Shown here one piece after another: positions 50,314 through 62,575 of a stretch of 64,000 bases of DNA. Within the stretch, counting starts at the first letter, position 1. Each line of letters starts with the position of its first letter. A program made the position numbers and the translations under genes. This DNA comes from Chiloscyllium plagiosum (Eukaryota): assembly GCF_004010195.1 (NCBI RefSeq), contig NC_057728.1, positions 47,083,058 through 47,147,057 on the forward strand, written 5' to 3'. The notes under the pieces were generated by a model, which made no database searches, was not told where the DNA came from, and saw only the letters and a program-made list of their open reading frames with translations.

Positions 50314-50690
50314 AAGAAATAGGAGCAGGAGTAGGCCATCTGGCCCATCGAGCCTACCCTGCCATTCAATAAGGTCATGGCTGATCTTTTCATGGACTCA
50401 GCTCCACTCACACGTCTGCACACCATAACCCTTAATTCCCTTACAGTTCGAAAATCTATCTTTGCTTTAAAAAACATTCAACGAGGTGGCCTCAACTGCT
50501 TCACCGGGCAGGGAATTCCACAGATCCACAAACCTTTGGGTGAAGAAGCTCCTCCTCAACTCAGTCCTGAATCTGTTCCCCTTTATTTTGAGGCGATGCC
50601 CCCTAGTTCTAGTTTCACCTGCCCAAGGACACCATCTCCCTGCTTTTACCTTATCGATTCCCTTCATAATTTTATATTTTTCTGTAAAAT
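50311..50690 (-). mobile_element. CR1 3' end, tail-to-tail with the preceding CR1
   Basis: ORF 50467..50727 reads YKIMKGIDKV...TRTRGHRLKIKG..FFTQRFVDLWNSLP. Confidence 0.88.
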
Positions 50691-50799
50691 AAGATATGGC
50701 TGGATAGATAGCTGCCATCATCCTCATTTACAGAACGAGTCCACTTGGTCGAAAGTAGTAAAGAAAAACCAGAAGATAGGCAAATGAGAAGCAGATCTT

Positions 50800-51290
50800 G
50801 TCATAGAATACGGAAAAAGACCCCTTGGTCAAACCAGTCCATGCTGACCATAATCCCAAACTAAACTAGTCTCACCTGACTGCACGTGGTCCATATCCCT
50901 CCAAACATTTCTTATCCATGAAGTTATCCAAAAGGTTTTTAAATGTTGTAACTGTATCCCCATCCAACACCTCCACTGGAAGATATTTCCACACAGGAAC
51001 CACTTGCAGTGTAAATAAATTGCCCACATGACTTTTTTAAAATCTTTCTCCTCTCACCTTGAAATGCCCCATCTTAGGGCAACAAAAACACCTGCCATTC
51101 ACTTTAACTATACCCCTCATCATTTTACAAATCTCTGTAAAGGTCATTCCTCAAACTCCTACACTCCAGTGAAAAAGGTCCCAGCCTACCCAGTCTCATT
51201 CTTCCAATTCAAATCTTCGCTGTTGGCAAAATCCTAGTAAATCTTTTCTGAACCCTTGCCAGCTTAATAATATCCTTCCTATAACAGATC
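50800..51290 (-). mobile_element. CR1 3' fragment
   Basis: gtcatagaatac..aaccagtccatgctgaccataatcccaaactaaactagt...ttttctgaaccct. Confidence 0.8.
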
Positions 51291-51519
51291 TTAAATAACG
51301 TAGTTTGTTGTATGATAGCAATCAGTAAAATAGAGATTAGTAAAATAGAGATTGTCCCCAAACTATTAGAAAACTTAGGGTAACAGATATGTCCCTTTCA
51401 AGACCCTAAAATGTTCCGACTTTCCCCACCAGAGTCCTTATGACATGATCAGATCGGCTGGAGTTTAATGCACTCTTCAGGATGAATTCTTTCAGAATCA
51501 TGACTTTATACTGGGGATT

Positions 51520-51975
51520 CTAAGGAAGTGCTGCACTGTCAGAAGCACAAAGGGTTAAATAATTACCTGCCCTCTCGGATGGATATAAAAGACCCTGTGG
51601 TGGATGCAAAGGCAAGGGAGCTCTCTCTGGCATCCTGACTAATAGTTAATCCTAAACCAGCATCACTGAGAAAGCTTCATTCCTGATGAAGGGCTTTTGC
51701 CCTAAACATCAATTTTCCTGCTCTTCGAATGCTGCCTGACCTGCTGTGCTTTTCCAGCACCATTCTAATCTAGACTCTGATTTCCAGCATCTGCAGTCCT
51801 CACTTTTGCCATCACTGAGAAAGAGTTAATCATTATTATATCGCTGGTTGTCAGGATTTTCTGTGAGGCAATTGATTGTAGCGATTCCACATTACAACTG
51901 CCACTGTACTTCATAAGTATGCATAGCCTGTGAGGTGCTTTGAAACAACCTGACTACAAAAATAAAGGTCTGTTT
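51520..51975 (+). mobile_element. Deu-SINE interrupted by a PLE micro-insertion
   Basis: gtgctgcactgtcagaag...ggatggatataaaagacc...cattacaactgccactgtacttca. Confidence 0.6.
51675..51809 (+). mobile_element. PLE pLTR micro-insertion with damaged hammerhead (51679-51714)
   Basis: attc CTGATGA a gggc tttt gccc TAAA catc aatt. Perfect TSD catcactgagaaag at 51661-51674 and 51810-51823. Confidence 0.88.
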
Positions 51976-53969
51976 TAATATTTATATTTTAAAGACTTTG
52001 AATAATGCAGAAACTGCAAAACTTCTTATGGAAGCTGGCCTGAAAATTGTGAATATTTGACTATTTTCTCTACATTACTCTCATTTGTTTTGTTCTCTAA
52101 ATCTCCTGTACGCTCAGGTTTGAATATGATTGCCTTTGGCTTGAACATTGCTGAGAAAATGAAAATAAGAGTAAAATGATTATTGAAAAGACAGTGCTTG
52201 TAAAAATGAAATTGTCATCAGTGCTGCTCTCTAACATCAACCAGTGTCATTTACTCACTTCTTTGGAGTAGAGGTGGATCTTGACTTCTGATTCACAGCC
52301 AAGAGTTTGGCCATTGATTGATTAAAAGATAACCAGGAACAGGAGCAATCCTGAAAAGCCACAACACAATGTTTTTCAGATAAGGATAACTAACTATTGA
52401 GTTGAAAGAATGGGGCTGAAAGAAACTGATTTTGTGTAGGAAATTGGCACTGGGGAACATCTGACTTCTACCCAAAGCTGGAACAGAATTGTCAGACTCT
52501 AACTATACCATCACTACCACTGCACCTGGAGACCTTCAACCATTTGTATTTGAAAACTGAAAGTGGTTTCCATTAGCCTGAATTGGATTGCATATCTTCT
52601 CTATGCACAAAGCACATCGCACACATAGTGGACAACAATAGGGCAGCCAAGGTACCCCCCCACCCCACAGATTTCATTGCTGCCAGCGCACATACAATGT
52701 TGGAAATCAGCCACTGGTATATCTTACTACTGTGGAATATGATTACTATCTAGTTAGTGAAACAATCCCTCGATTGTAATATTTGTAATAGTGATTACTC
52801 CCTAATAATGTAGCCGAGTCCAAGGTATCATTGAATTCTGCATACAGAGGCCATGAAATTTGTTCAAACGTAAGTGCCATTATTACACATCTCATGAGAC
52901 AATTGGTTACCAGATGTTAATCATCACAACTACGGAACCATTTCTAGGGCAAGGGAATGAAAGGAACATTGTGCAAATACTAACTGAATTCCAAGTAAGT
53001 GTGCATTTAAGTTCCAAATGTTGCTGGAGGCACCAACAGATGCTGTTTTTAGGTGGAGCAAAGCCAGTAGAATCTTTCTTGCCAACATATTTTTATCAGA
53101 ACAATGTCCTGTTGCTGCATAATAATGCAGCAAGTGGTCAGCCTCCTTCTCTGACAGTGAAACAAAAACGATGTATTTCAGAGATTTACAACAGCTCTCA
53201 AAGCACAAGAAATGATTAAAAGCCATCTAAATGGCACTTTGTTTTGTTAACTAAGATATTATACTAAATAAGATGTGCATAGAAACTCATTTAAATGGAA
53301 TCCATTTTGTCTGAAAGAAGTCACCTAAAAGTAGAATGCAAATCTAATCACTTCCTAATTAATTATTTTGGAACATCCTGGTATACTGATTGATGCTGTC
53401 ACCATTATGCCACATAACGCTTCCAAAATGAATACATCTGCCCATTTCTATACAAATGAATGTCATGCTTTGTCAGTCAGTTAAATCTGCATCTGTAATG
53501 CTTTGCCAAAAATGAATTAAATTCTGCTTCAGAGTTCCATAGCTTGCCTGACATGAAGCCTTGTGTGATGCAATTCTCTGAAGCACATAACCTTTGTGTG
53601 TGATATTTGGATATTTGGAAGTACTTATAATGAGAATGTGCTGATAATCTATTTTTATCCATGTTATTCAGAGAAACATTTTAAAACCACGTTTGATATA
53701 TATATTTTCAGAACAGAAAGACTTACTAGCAATTTCCAAATTATAATCTAATTTAGTTATGCTTTCTGTCAATAAGGTGGAAGTATTGCACAATATCAAT
53801 GCAAATAAAATTGTGGTCGACTGAAGTTTGCAATGGGAAGCAAATGAAGTAATTAAACAATGCTAATCTTGTTCATTTAAATTAATTGAATTGATTCAAG
53901 GATTTATTGAAGGATATTTATCTGCAGCTTATATAAACACATGAATAGGAGTAGACCATTCAGTCCTTT

Positions 53970-54053
53970 AGAGTGGTGCTGGAAAAGCACAGCAGGTCAG
54001 GCAGCATCCGAGGAGCAGGAAAATCGATGTTTCGAGCAAAAGCCCTTCATCAG
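53970..54053 (-). mobile_element. PLE pLTR micro-insertion truncated at the hammerhead core
   Basis: Reverse: CTGATGA a gggc tttt gctc GAAA cATC gatt. TSD tcagtccttt at 53960-53969 and 54050-54059. Confidence 0.85.
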
Positions 54054-54059
54054 TCCTTT

Positions 54060-54755
54060 GATTGAGTGATTGATAATGTCACATGTACCGAAGTACAGTG
54101 AAAAGATTTGTTTACGAGTAGTACAGGCAGATCATAGTAAGCTAGGTTGTCCAGATCAAAAAGACATAGAAAGAGGCATACAGGTTGCATTGCACAGGGC
54201 ATGTTAGGCAAGATCAACGTTAGCAAGATCAGCATTATTTTATGCTAGAGAGTCCTTTCATTAGTCTAATAACAGCCGAGAACGAGCTGTTCCTGAACCT
54301 GCCGGTGAGTGTGTTCAGGTTTCTGTATCGTTTGCCTGACAGAAGAGGTTATAGGAGATCATTACCAGGGCACTATTTGTCTTTGATAATGCTGGCAGCC
54401 TTTCCGTGGCAGTGAGCCATAAGCATGGGGTGCATGGATAGAAGGTTAGCTTCCATCATAGTCTGGACTGTGCATACCTTCTTCTGTAGTTTCTTAAGGT
54501 CCTGGGTAGCACAGTTGCCAGACCAAGCTAATATGCATGGATTAGTGTTGCACCTGTAGAAGTTAGTGAGGGTCCTTATCGGCATGCCAAATGTTTGACC
54601 AGCCTGAGGAACATGAGGCAATGTTGTGCCTTCTTGACCATCATATCCAATTGGGAAGTGCAGGACAGATTGTCGGTTATTGTTACTCCAAGGAACTTGA
54701 CAAGCTCCACCTTCTCAACCTCAGTTCTCAACCTTAGATGTCGACAGGGATGGGA
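54060..54755 (-). mobile_element. Rex1/Babar-type LINE 3' portion
   Basis: ORF 54373..54621 reads TLTNFYRC..CILAWSGNC..QDLKKLQK..HCHGKAASIIKD. Flanked by gattgag on both sides. Confidence 0.75.
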
Positions 54756-56789
54756 TTGAGCTTATTCTACCATTCAATAAGATCATGGATATTCTATAAC
54801 TGAAATCCATAAGTCTGCCTTTGCCCCATATTCCTTAACTGGTTGGATAACAAAAATCTACTAATTGATAAAGCTTTATATGTCCTTTGCAGAGGAGAAT
54901 TCCAAACTTAACTATACTTTGCACTAACTATTTTCCAATTTTAGACTAAAAATATCCAAGTGTCATCTTTAACATTACATGTAATCCTCCAGGGTGATTA
55001 CATGGTTACTAATGGAGACAATATTGATCAGATGCAATATTTCATTCACTGTATGTCTAAAAATTTTAATCAATGCAGTATCTTCCCATACGGATTTAAT
55101 GTCGGCATTTAGGAAAACAATTAACCAGAAATATTCAACCATCTCCACCCATGAGAAAAAAGCTAAGGATAGCAACAAAAGTAAATCACAAAACTTAAAT
55201 TGACAATGACCAGTCACAGTGTATATGTGAAATGTATATTCATAGATCCACTCATTAGGAAAGGAGCTATGTAAAACATCATAATGTACCTTTCATTTTA
55301 GCACAGTATTTGTCGCAGTTTCAAAAACACAACAGGTGTTATATGTAAATTTGCTGTTAACAATCCCTGTATGTAACACAGAGCTTACAGCATGGTCTCC
55401 ACTTAAAAACAAAAGGTGATCCCAATTTACGACATCAATTTCAACATATGGATGAGTCACATTTGACTTTTGGAAGACAAGGCAGTGAAAGGTATTGGCT
55501 GTCCATCATTTTCCAACAACCAAGAACTCCTCATGAAAGTAAGGCCTTAGCTTTAATGAAATTTGACAAGCAAGCTGTAGGGCACAAAAAGACTCACCAG
55601 ATTAATTGACCTCAAGATTAAGCCAGAGTAGCCCTCTATGTTTGCAGAGGGTGAGCATAATCCAAAATGGCCTTTATTGTACTGGATATTTTACCTCTGC
55701 ACTTATTTGCTGTGACTTCTGGGATGCATTTTATATTAAATATATAAGAAATAAGTGTAACATATAAGTGATCTAGATCCTCGACTTTTAGTAGAGAACT
55801 TGAATTTATTTCCTCATGTCATATGTTGCTTGTGCCCAGAGGGCAGCTAACAAATGTGTTCAAATAAGCAGCTAGGAGATTCAGTGAGAAACTATTCTGC
55901 ATTCCACAAAGCAAAACAACTGAGATCAGCAACCAAGGAACACAGCAAAGATTGAATGTACTGCCAATACTCTGTGTAGCTGCATGCTGGTGTGATAGGG
56001 CAGACTCTAGTGAAGTTCCTGGCAGCGTGAAGAAAGACATGCAGTGTCAGTTAATTACATGGGAGGCAATATTTCATCTTTTTGATGGCAGGATGAAAAT
56101 TGGTAAGTAAATTGCCTTTGGATTAAAGGAAGATTGTGATTCCTGACAGCACATGACAGAAATTGGTTTGAATGCATAATCATGTCCTACACACTCATAC
56201 CTCCTGCAGAAGTTCCAGCATCACAAATACCAGTCTTGATTCATAATATCAAGAAATAGCAGGAGGCACTGGATATTGCGAAGGCTATGGACTATAACAA
56301 CATTCTGACAATAGTACTAAAGATATGTGCTCCAGAACATCTACCAGAACATCTGGCATCTACCCAGCAAGAGGAAAATTGCCCAGATATGTTCCAAACA
56401 CAAAATGCAGGACAATCCAACACAGACAATTCCCACCTCATCAGTCTACTCTCTGTCCTCAGAAGGTGACAGGAGGGGTCAGCAACAACAGCAATAATCC
56501 ACTCAGTGACACTCAGTTTGGGTCCCACCAGGGCCACTTAGCTCCTGACCTCATTACATCCTGGGTTCAAGCATGTAAAAAAAGGTTAAATTCTAGAGCT
56601 GAGAGTGACTGCCTTTGACATCAACAGTGCATTTGAAAAAGGCAAAGGAGCTCTAGCAAGTCAATGGGGGGCAGGCGGAAATCTCTCTTTGGTTAGAATT
56701 ATACCTGGCACGAAGGAAGATGGTTGTGGTTGTTAGACATCAGCCATTTCAGCACTATTTCTGCAAGAGTTCCTCAGGATAGTGTTCTT

Positions 56790-59682
56790 GAACAGAACAT
56801 AGAACGGTACAGCACAGTACAGTCCCTTCAACCCTCAATGTTGTGCCAACGCTTTATCCTACTCTAAGATCAGACTAACCTATCTTTCACATGTCTATCT
56901 GAGAGTTGCTTAAATATCCTTGATGTATTTGACTTTACTACCTGCTGGCAGTGCATTCCACATACCCACCACTCTCTGTGTAAAGAATCTACCTATGACA
57001 TATCCCCTAAACTGTCCACCAATCATGTTAAAATTATGCCCCCTCATGATAGCCATTTCTACCCTGAGAAAATGTCCCTAGACATCCACTCAATCTATGC
57101 TTCTCATCATCTTGCACACCTCTCATCCTTCTTCACTCCAATGAGGAAAGCCCTAGCTCTTTCAACCTTCCTTCATAAGACATGCACCCCAGTCCAGGCA
57201 GCTTCCTGGTAAATCTCCCCTGCACCCTCTCTAAATCTTCCACATCCTTCCTATAAAGAGGTGACCAGAACTGACCACAATATTCTAAGTGTGGTCTAAC
57301 CAGGGTTCTATAGAGCTGCAGCTCCCAGCTCTTAAACTCAATCTCCCTGCTAATGAAAGCCAACACTCCATATGCTTTCTTGACAACCCTATCAAGGAAG
57401 GGATCTATGGACATTGATCCCAAGATCCCTCTGTTCCTCCAAGCTGCCAAGAATCCTGCCTTTAATCCTGCATTCCGCATTCAAATGTGACCTTCCAGAG
57501 TGAATCACTTCACACACTTTTCCAGGCTGAACTCCATCTGCCACTTATCAGCCCAATTCTGCATTCTGTCAGTGACTCGTTGCAACCTAAACAGACACAC
57601 CTCCACCAACCTTTGTGTCATCGGCAAACTTACTAACCCACCCTTCCACTTCCTCATCCAAGTCATTTATAAAAGTCACAAAAAGCAGAGGTGCCAGAAC
57701 AAATCCCTGCAGAACACCACTGGTCAATGAGCTCCAGGCTGAATACTTTGCATTTACCACCACTCTCTGTCTCCTATGGGCCAGCCAACTCTGCATCCAG
57801 ACAGCCAGATTTATCTGTATCCCATGCTTCCTTTCTTTCTGAATGAGCCAAGCATGGGGAACCTTCTTAATTGCCTTGCTAAAATCACATCCACAGTCAC
57901 TACTCTACCTTCAACATTATCAAAAGAATTAAATAAGGTTTGTGAGACATGATCTGCCCCTCACAAAGCCATGCTGACTATCTCTAATCAAACTATGGTT
58001 TTCCAAGTAATCACAAATCTTGTCTCTCAGAATTCTCTCCAATACTTTACCCACCACAGACATGAGACTGACTGGTCTGTAATTTCTTGAACAAATGAAT
58101 AACATTTGCCACCCTCCAATCATCTGGCACTATTCCAGTGGACAGTGAGGATACAAAGATCATCACCGAAGGCGCAGCAATCTCTTCCCTCACTTCCTGT
58201 AGTAACCTAAGGTATATCCTGAAAGAAAGCGAGGACTGCAGACGCTGGAGATCAGAGTCGAGAGTGTGTTGCTGGAAAAGCACAGCTGCTCAGGCAGCAT
58301 CCGAGGAGCAGGAGAATCGATGTTTTGGGCAAAAGCCCTTCATCAGGAATGGCGGGATAATGAAGGATTTATGCCCGAAACGTCGGTTCACCTGCTTCTT
58401 GGATGTTGCCTGACCTGCTGTGCTTCCCCAGCAACATTCTTGACTAGGGTATATCCTGTCTGGCCCAGGGAATTTATCTATCCTCATGAATTTCAAAATT
58501 TTCAGCACATCCTCCTTCTTAACATTAACGTGTTTAAGCATATCAGTCTGTTTCACACTCAAATGTCAAGGTTCCTCTCAGTAGTGAATACTGAAGCAAA
58601 GTATTAAATAAGGATCTCCCCTACCTCCTCCGACTCCATGCATAAGTTCCCTCCACTATCCCTGATCGGCCCTACCCTCACTTTGGCCATCCTGTAGTTC
58701 CTCACATTAGTGTAGAATGCCTTAGGGCACTCCTTAATCCTACCTGTTAAAGCTTTTCCATGCCCCCTCTAGCTCTCCTAAGTCCATTCTTCAGTTCCTT
58801 CCTGGCTACCTTGTAACCCTATAGAGCCCTGTCTGATCCTTGCCTCCTCAACCTTAAGCAAGCTTCCTTCTTCTTCTTGACTAGATGTTCCACATCCCTC
58901 GTCACCCAAGTTCTTTCAATTTACCATCTCTTCCATGCCTCGGTGGGACAAACCCCTATCAGCAATTGCTCCCGAAACAACCTCCACATTTCTGTTGTGC
59001 ATTTCCCTGAGAATATCTGTTCCTAATTTAGGCATCCCAGTTCCTGCCTAATAGCATTGCGATTCCCTCTCCCCCAATTAAATACTTTCCCATAACGTCT
59101 GCTCTTATGCCTCTCCATGACTACAATAAAGGTGATCTTATCACAAAAATGCTCTCCATTGACAAATCTGACACCTGGCATGGTTCATTGCCAACTCCAA
59201 ATCCAATATGGCCACCCCTCTGGTCGGCCTATCTACATATTGAGTCAGGAACCTTTCCTGGACACACCTGACAAAAACTGCTTCATCCAAACTATTTGAA
59301 TTAAGAAGGTTCCAGTCAATATCAGGGAAGTTAAAGTCACCCATGACAACAACCCTGTTACTTCTGCGCCTTTCCAAACTCTGCCTCTCAATTTGCTCCT
59401 CCTTGTTTCTTTTGCTATTGGGAGTTCTGTAGAAATTTTCCAACAAAGTGACTGCTCCTTTCCTGTTTTTGACTTCCACTCATACTGACTCTGTAGACAA
59501 ACCCTCCTCAATGAACTCCCTTTCTGCAGCTGTGATACTATCCCTGATTAGCAATGCCACTCCTCTACCTCTTTTACCTGCCGCCCGCCGCCCAATGCTT
59601 TTGAAACATCTAAACCGTGGAACATCCAACAAATGTTCTTGCCCCTATAACATCCAAGTTTTCGTAATGGCTACCACATCAT
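56790..59682 (-). mobile_element. CR1 LINE with most of ORF2 (APE endonuclease plus RT), decayed
   Basis: DVVAITKTW, VVVMGDFNFPDIDWN, NYRPVSLMSVVGKVLE..QHGFVRGRSCLTNL, SGVLQG..FINDLDEEVEGWVSKFADDTKVG. gaacatagaac tail. Confidence 0.93.
58222..58443. mobile_element. Fold-back PLE pLTR insertion with two opposed, damaged hammerhead motifs
   Basis: Minus motif at 58315-58350 (GAAA changed to AAAA) and plus partial motif at 58358-58386. TSD cta(a/g)ggtatatcctg at 58207-58221 and 58444-58458. Confidence 0.88.
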
Positions 59683-59876
59683 GACCTCAGTATCTCCAAC
59701 TGTTTCACTAATGACCTTCTGCCCATCATAAGGTTAGAATTAGGAATGTTCACTGATAACTGCAAAATGTTCAGCACCATTCACAACATATTGAAGCAGT
59801 CAATCTCCAAATGGAGAAAGACTTGGACAATGCCTAAATTTGGGGTGACCAGTGACATACAAGTGCCAAGCAATGA

Positions 59877-60035
59877 GAGGCAGGAGAATCAATGTTTTGA
59901 ACTTAAGCCCTTCATCAGGAAGGCTTATGCCTGAAAAGTCAATTCTCATGCTCCTCAGATGCTGCCTGACCTGCCATGCTTTTTCCAGCATATCACTCAA
60001 CTCTGATCTCGAGCATCTGCAGTCCTCACTTTCTC
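59877..60035. mobile_element. Fold-back PLE pLTR insertion, eroded hammerhead
   Basis: TSD caagtgcca(a/g)gcaatga at 59860-59876 and 60036-60052. Tail gcatctgcagtcctcactttctcc. Confidence 0.85.
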
Positions 60036-62059
60036 CAAGTGCCAGGCAATGACCATCTCCAATGGTTAGAGAAAATCTAACCATTCCCCAATGACATGCA
60101 ATGGTAATACCATTGCTGAATCCCCCACCTTCATTATCCTGGGAAGTTACCATTGAAGAGAAACAGAACTGGACTAGCCATATAATTATTGTGGCTATAA
60201 AAACAGTTCACAGGATATGAATTCCTGTAGTAAACAGCTCACCTCAGAATTCCACAAAGCCTGTCCACCAGTCACAAGTCAGGAGTATGATACTCATATC
60301 TTACAGCTCCAGGGATTCGAATGTGGAGATGGGGAAGGAATGGTAGCAGCACAAGTTAATCTTCTCAGGCAGGTGGAACAATGTTGCCAGCTGGAAGGGC
60401 TATGTTATCCAGATGCTCGATTAGCGTGAGGTGATGGCAGGGTTGGAGACTCCCTTCCCCTTTTCCCACTGCACAATTTTCCATCTTGTTCAATGGTCCA
60501 AAGCTAATTAACTGGCCGCTGTGCTATTCCTCATGGCCATTCACCTCACATCCCCAGTGCTCCCTCACTGCCAGTCCCTGTTTTGGCACACTCTGCTACA
60601 ACAAGATATTTAATGTTGTATCTTTGTTACCAAGTGGTTATTTTAAATTTGCAATGATATTTTTACTAACCTCAGAAAGAAATACAATTGCACCTGTAGA
60701 ACTTGGCAGACCAAATTACCAGTATCTGCTCAATGGGGGATCAAACTATTGAGCTTTCAATTCACGGCACTGTGTAATTTTTAACATTATAGATCTCAGT
60801 GCACATTCTATTAGAGTACTGTAGTACTAATAAAATTCTGCCTTATGCTGTTAACGTTGTCTAGGGTCCAACAATACCTACCCACTGGAAAGCATATAAA
60901 GTGGAATCGTATAGGGGTCTGAGCAACATGGTCTGTGGCAAGATGCATGGCAGAATGGGGCAAGATGTCATTGAGGCCTATATCAACAGTAGGAACAATT
61001 CCCTCCATCATTTATGCTCACCACAAGCAGTGTGGTGTGTATCACACTGTGCAGAGACAATTTGCCAATTCACCTCACTTTTCTAGTTTACTAACCTCAC
61101 CAAACAAGCCCAATATCAGGAAAACTCAACATGGAAACCAGAATGAGTGCCTGGCAGATTGAGCTGGTCTCTAAATGACCTCCGTGTTGCCTACAATCAT
61201 CCTGCAACCCAGGGCACAATCCTCAGGTATCAGCTGCAAACACCTTTCCTCACAGACAGTGGCATGCAACACCCAGCAACCCACCTCATAACCATCTTGG
61301 TATCTTTTCAATACCCTGGCAGTGCACTCAGGAGGCACGGACTTGCATTGGAGGGTGCACCAGCAACTAGTATTGAAAAGGCTGCAGTAGAGACACTTCC
61401 TTCAAAGGCAATGGCATCTATCTCTCAGATTAGACTAGTTGTATCTCAGGACTACTCATTTGGCTTTGTCACACACATTTTACATAGTGCCTACTGGCAT
61501 GTACACAGCATGTCTATTTTACCTTGCCGTGCCAATTAGTGTAATCACACAATCAGGCCGCACGTCAAGGAGAGCACACGTCTTGCTGTAGAGCAGGGTG
61601 CTATATCAATCTCTAACCTGCGCTGTGCTAGCAGCTTACCAGCTAATAGACTGCTGCAGAGCAGGCAGGCAGGGAAAGTCTCAGGTGAGTAATCCTCACT
61701 GAAGTCCATGGATGTACCCATCAATCCCAGCATGGCAAGTCAAGGGTAGCCTGCCATACCAGCCTGTGAGATTGGCAACGGTCAGGTGTCTGGTCACAGT
61801 TGGCTGTGTCAGGGGTTCTCTCTGCAGGGAGTGGGCCGTAGCCACCCCAAATTGCCCTAAGCACTCCATTACCTGCCTGACACCATACTTACCTGGCACC
61901 TTAAACCTTTTATCAACTGCCACTCAAACCCACACACATACTCACCCTTTCATGGGAGCTGTCAAAGTGGCAGGCTAGCTCTGCTGCCAGACATTTAAGT
62001 CAAAGGATATAGCTACTCCTGCCTGGAACAAAGGGGTGTGGTATGACTTCTCAAGTCAG

Positions 62060-62575
62060 GGCATTGGGAGTTGGGAGGTCATGTTGCAGTTGTACAGGAC
62101 ATTGCTCAGCCCACTTTTATAGTATTGCGTGCAATTCTGATCTCCCTGCTGTGAGAAGGATGCTGTCAAACTTGAAAGGGTTCAGAAAAGATTTATGAGA
62201 AGGTTACCAGAATTGGAGGGTTTGAGCTACACTGAGAGGCTGAATAGGCTGGGGCTGTTTTCCCTGGAGTGCTGGAGGCTGAAGGGTGACCTTATAAGGG
62301 TTTATAAAATCATGAGGGGCATAGGTAGGGTAAATAGGCAAAGCCTTTTCCCTGTGGTGGGGGGAGTCCAAGTCTAGAGGGCATAGGTTTAAGGTGAGAG
62401 GGGAAAGATATAAAAAGGGACCTAAGTGGCAACTTTTTCACTCAGAGGTTGGACTGTGTATGGAATGAACTGCCAGAGGAAATGGTGGAGGCTGGTACAA
62501 TTACAACATTTAAAAGGCATCTGGATGGGTGTATGGATAGAAATGGTTTAGAGGGATATGGGCCAAATGCTGGTA
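62060..62575 (+). mobile_element. HER1/CR1 3' fragment
   Basis: LEGLSYTERLNRLGLFSLECWRLKGDLIRVYKIMRG and VWNELPEEMVEAGTITTFKRHLDG. Confidence 0.9.

Larger units (their letters stand above)
56200..60290 (+). mobile_element. Family B CR1/L2-type LINE split by a 2.9-kb antisense CR1
   Basis: Left part ends VPQDSVL (about 56790). Right part resumes ..SISNCFTNDLLPIIRLELGMFTDNCKMF (about 59683). Confidence 0.7.

Noticed and set aside
711..60035. Recurrent palindromic repeat resembling CRISPR or REP elements
   Set aside because: The copies are dispersed, have no regular spacers and no cas genes, and lie in a vertebrate context. PLE pLTRs explain them.
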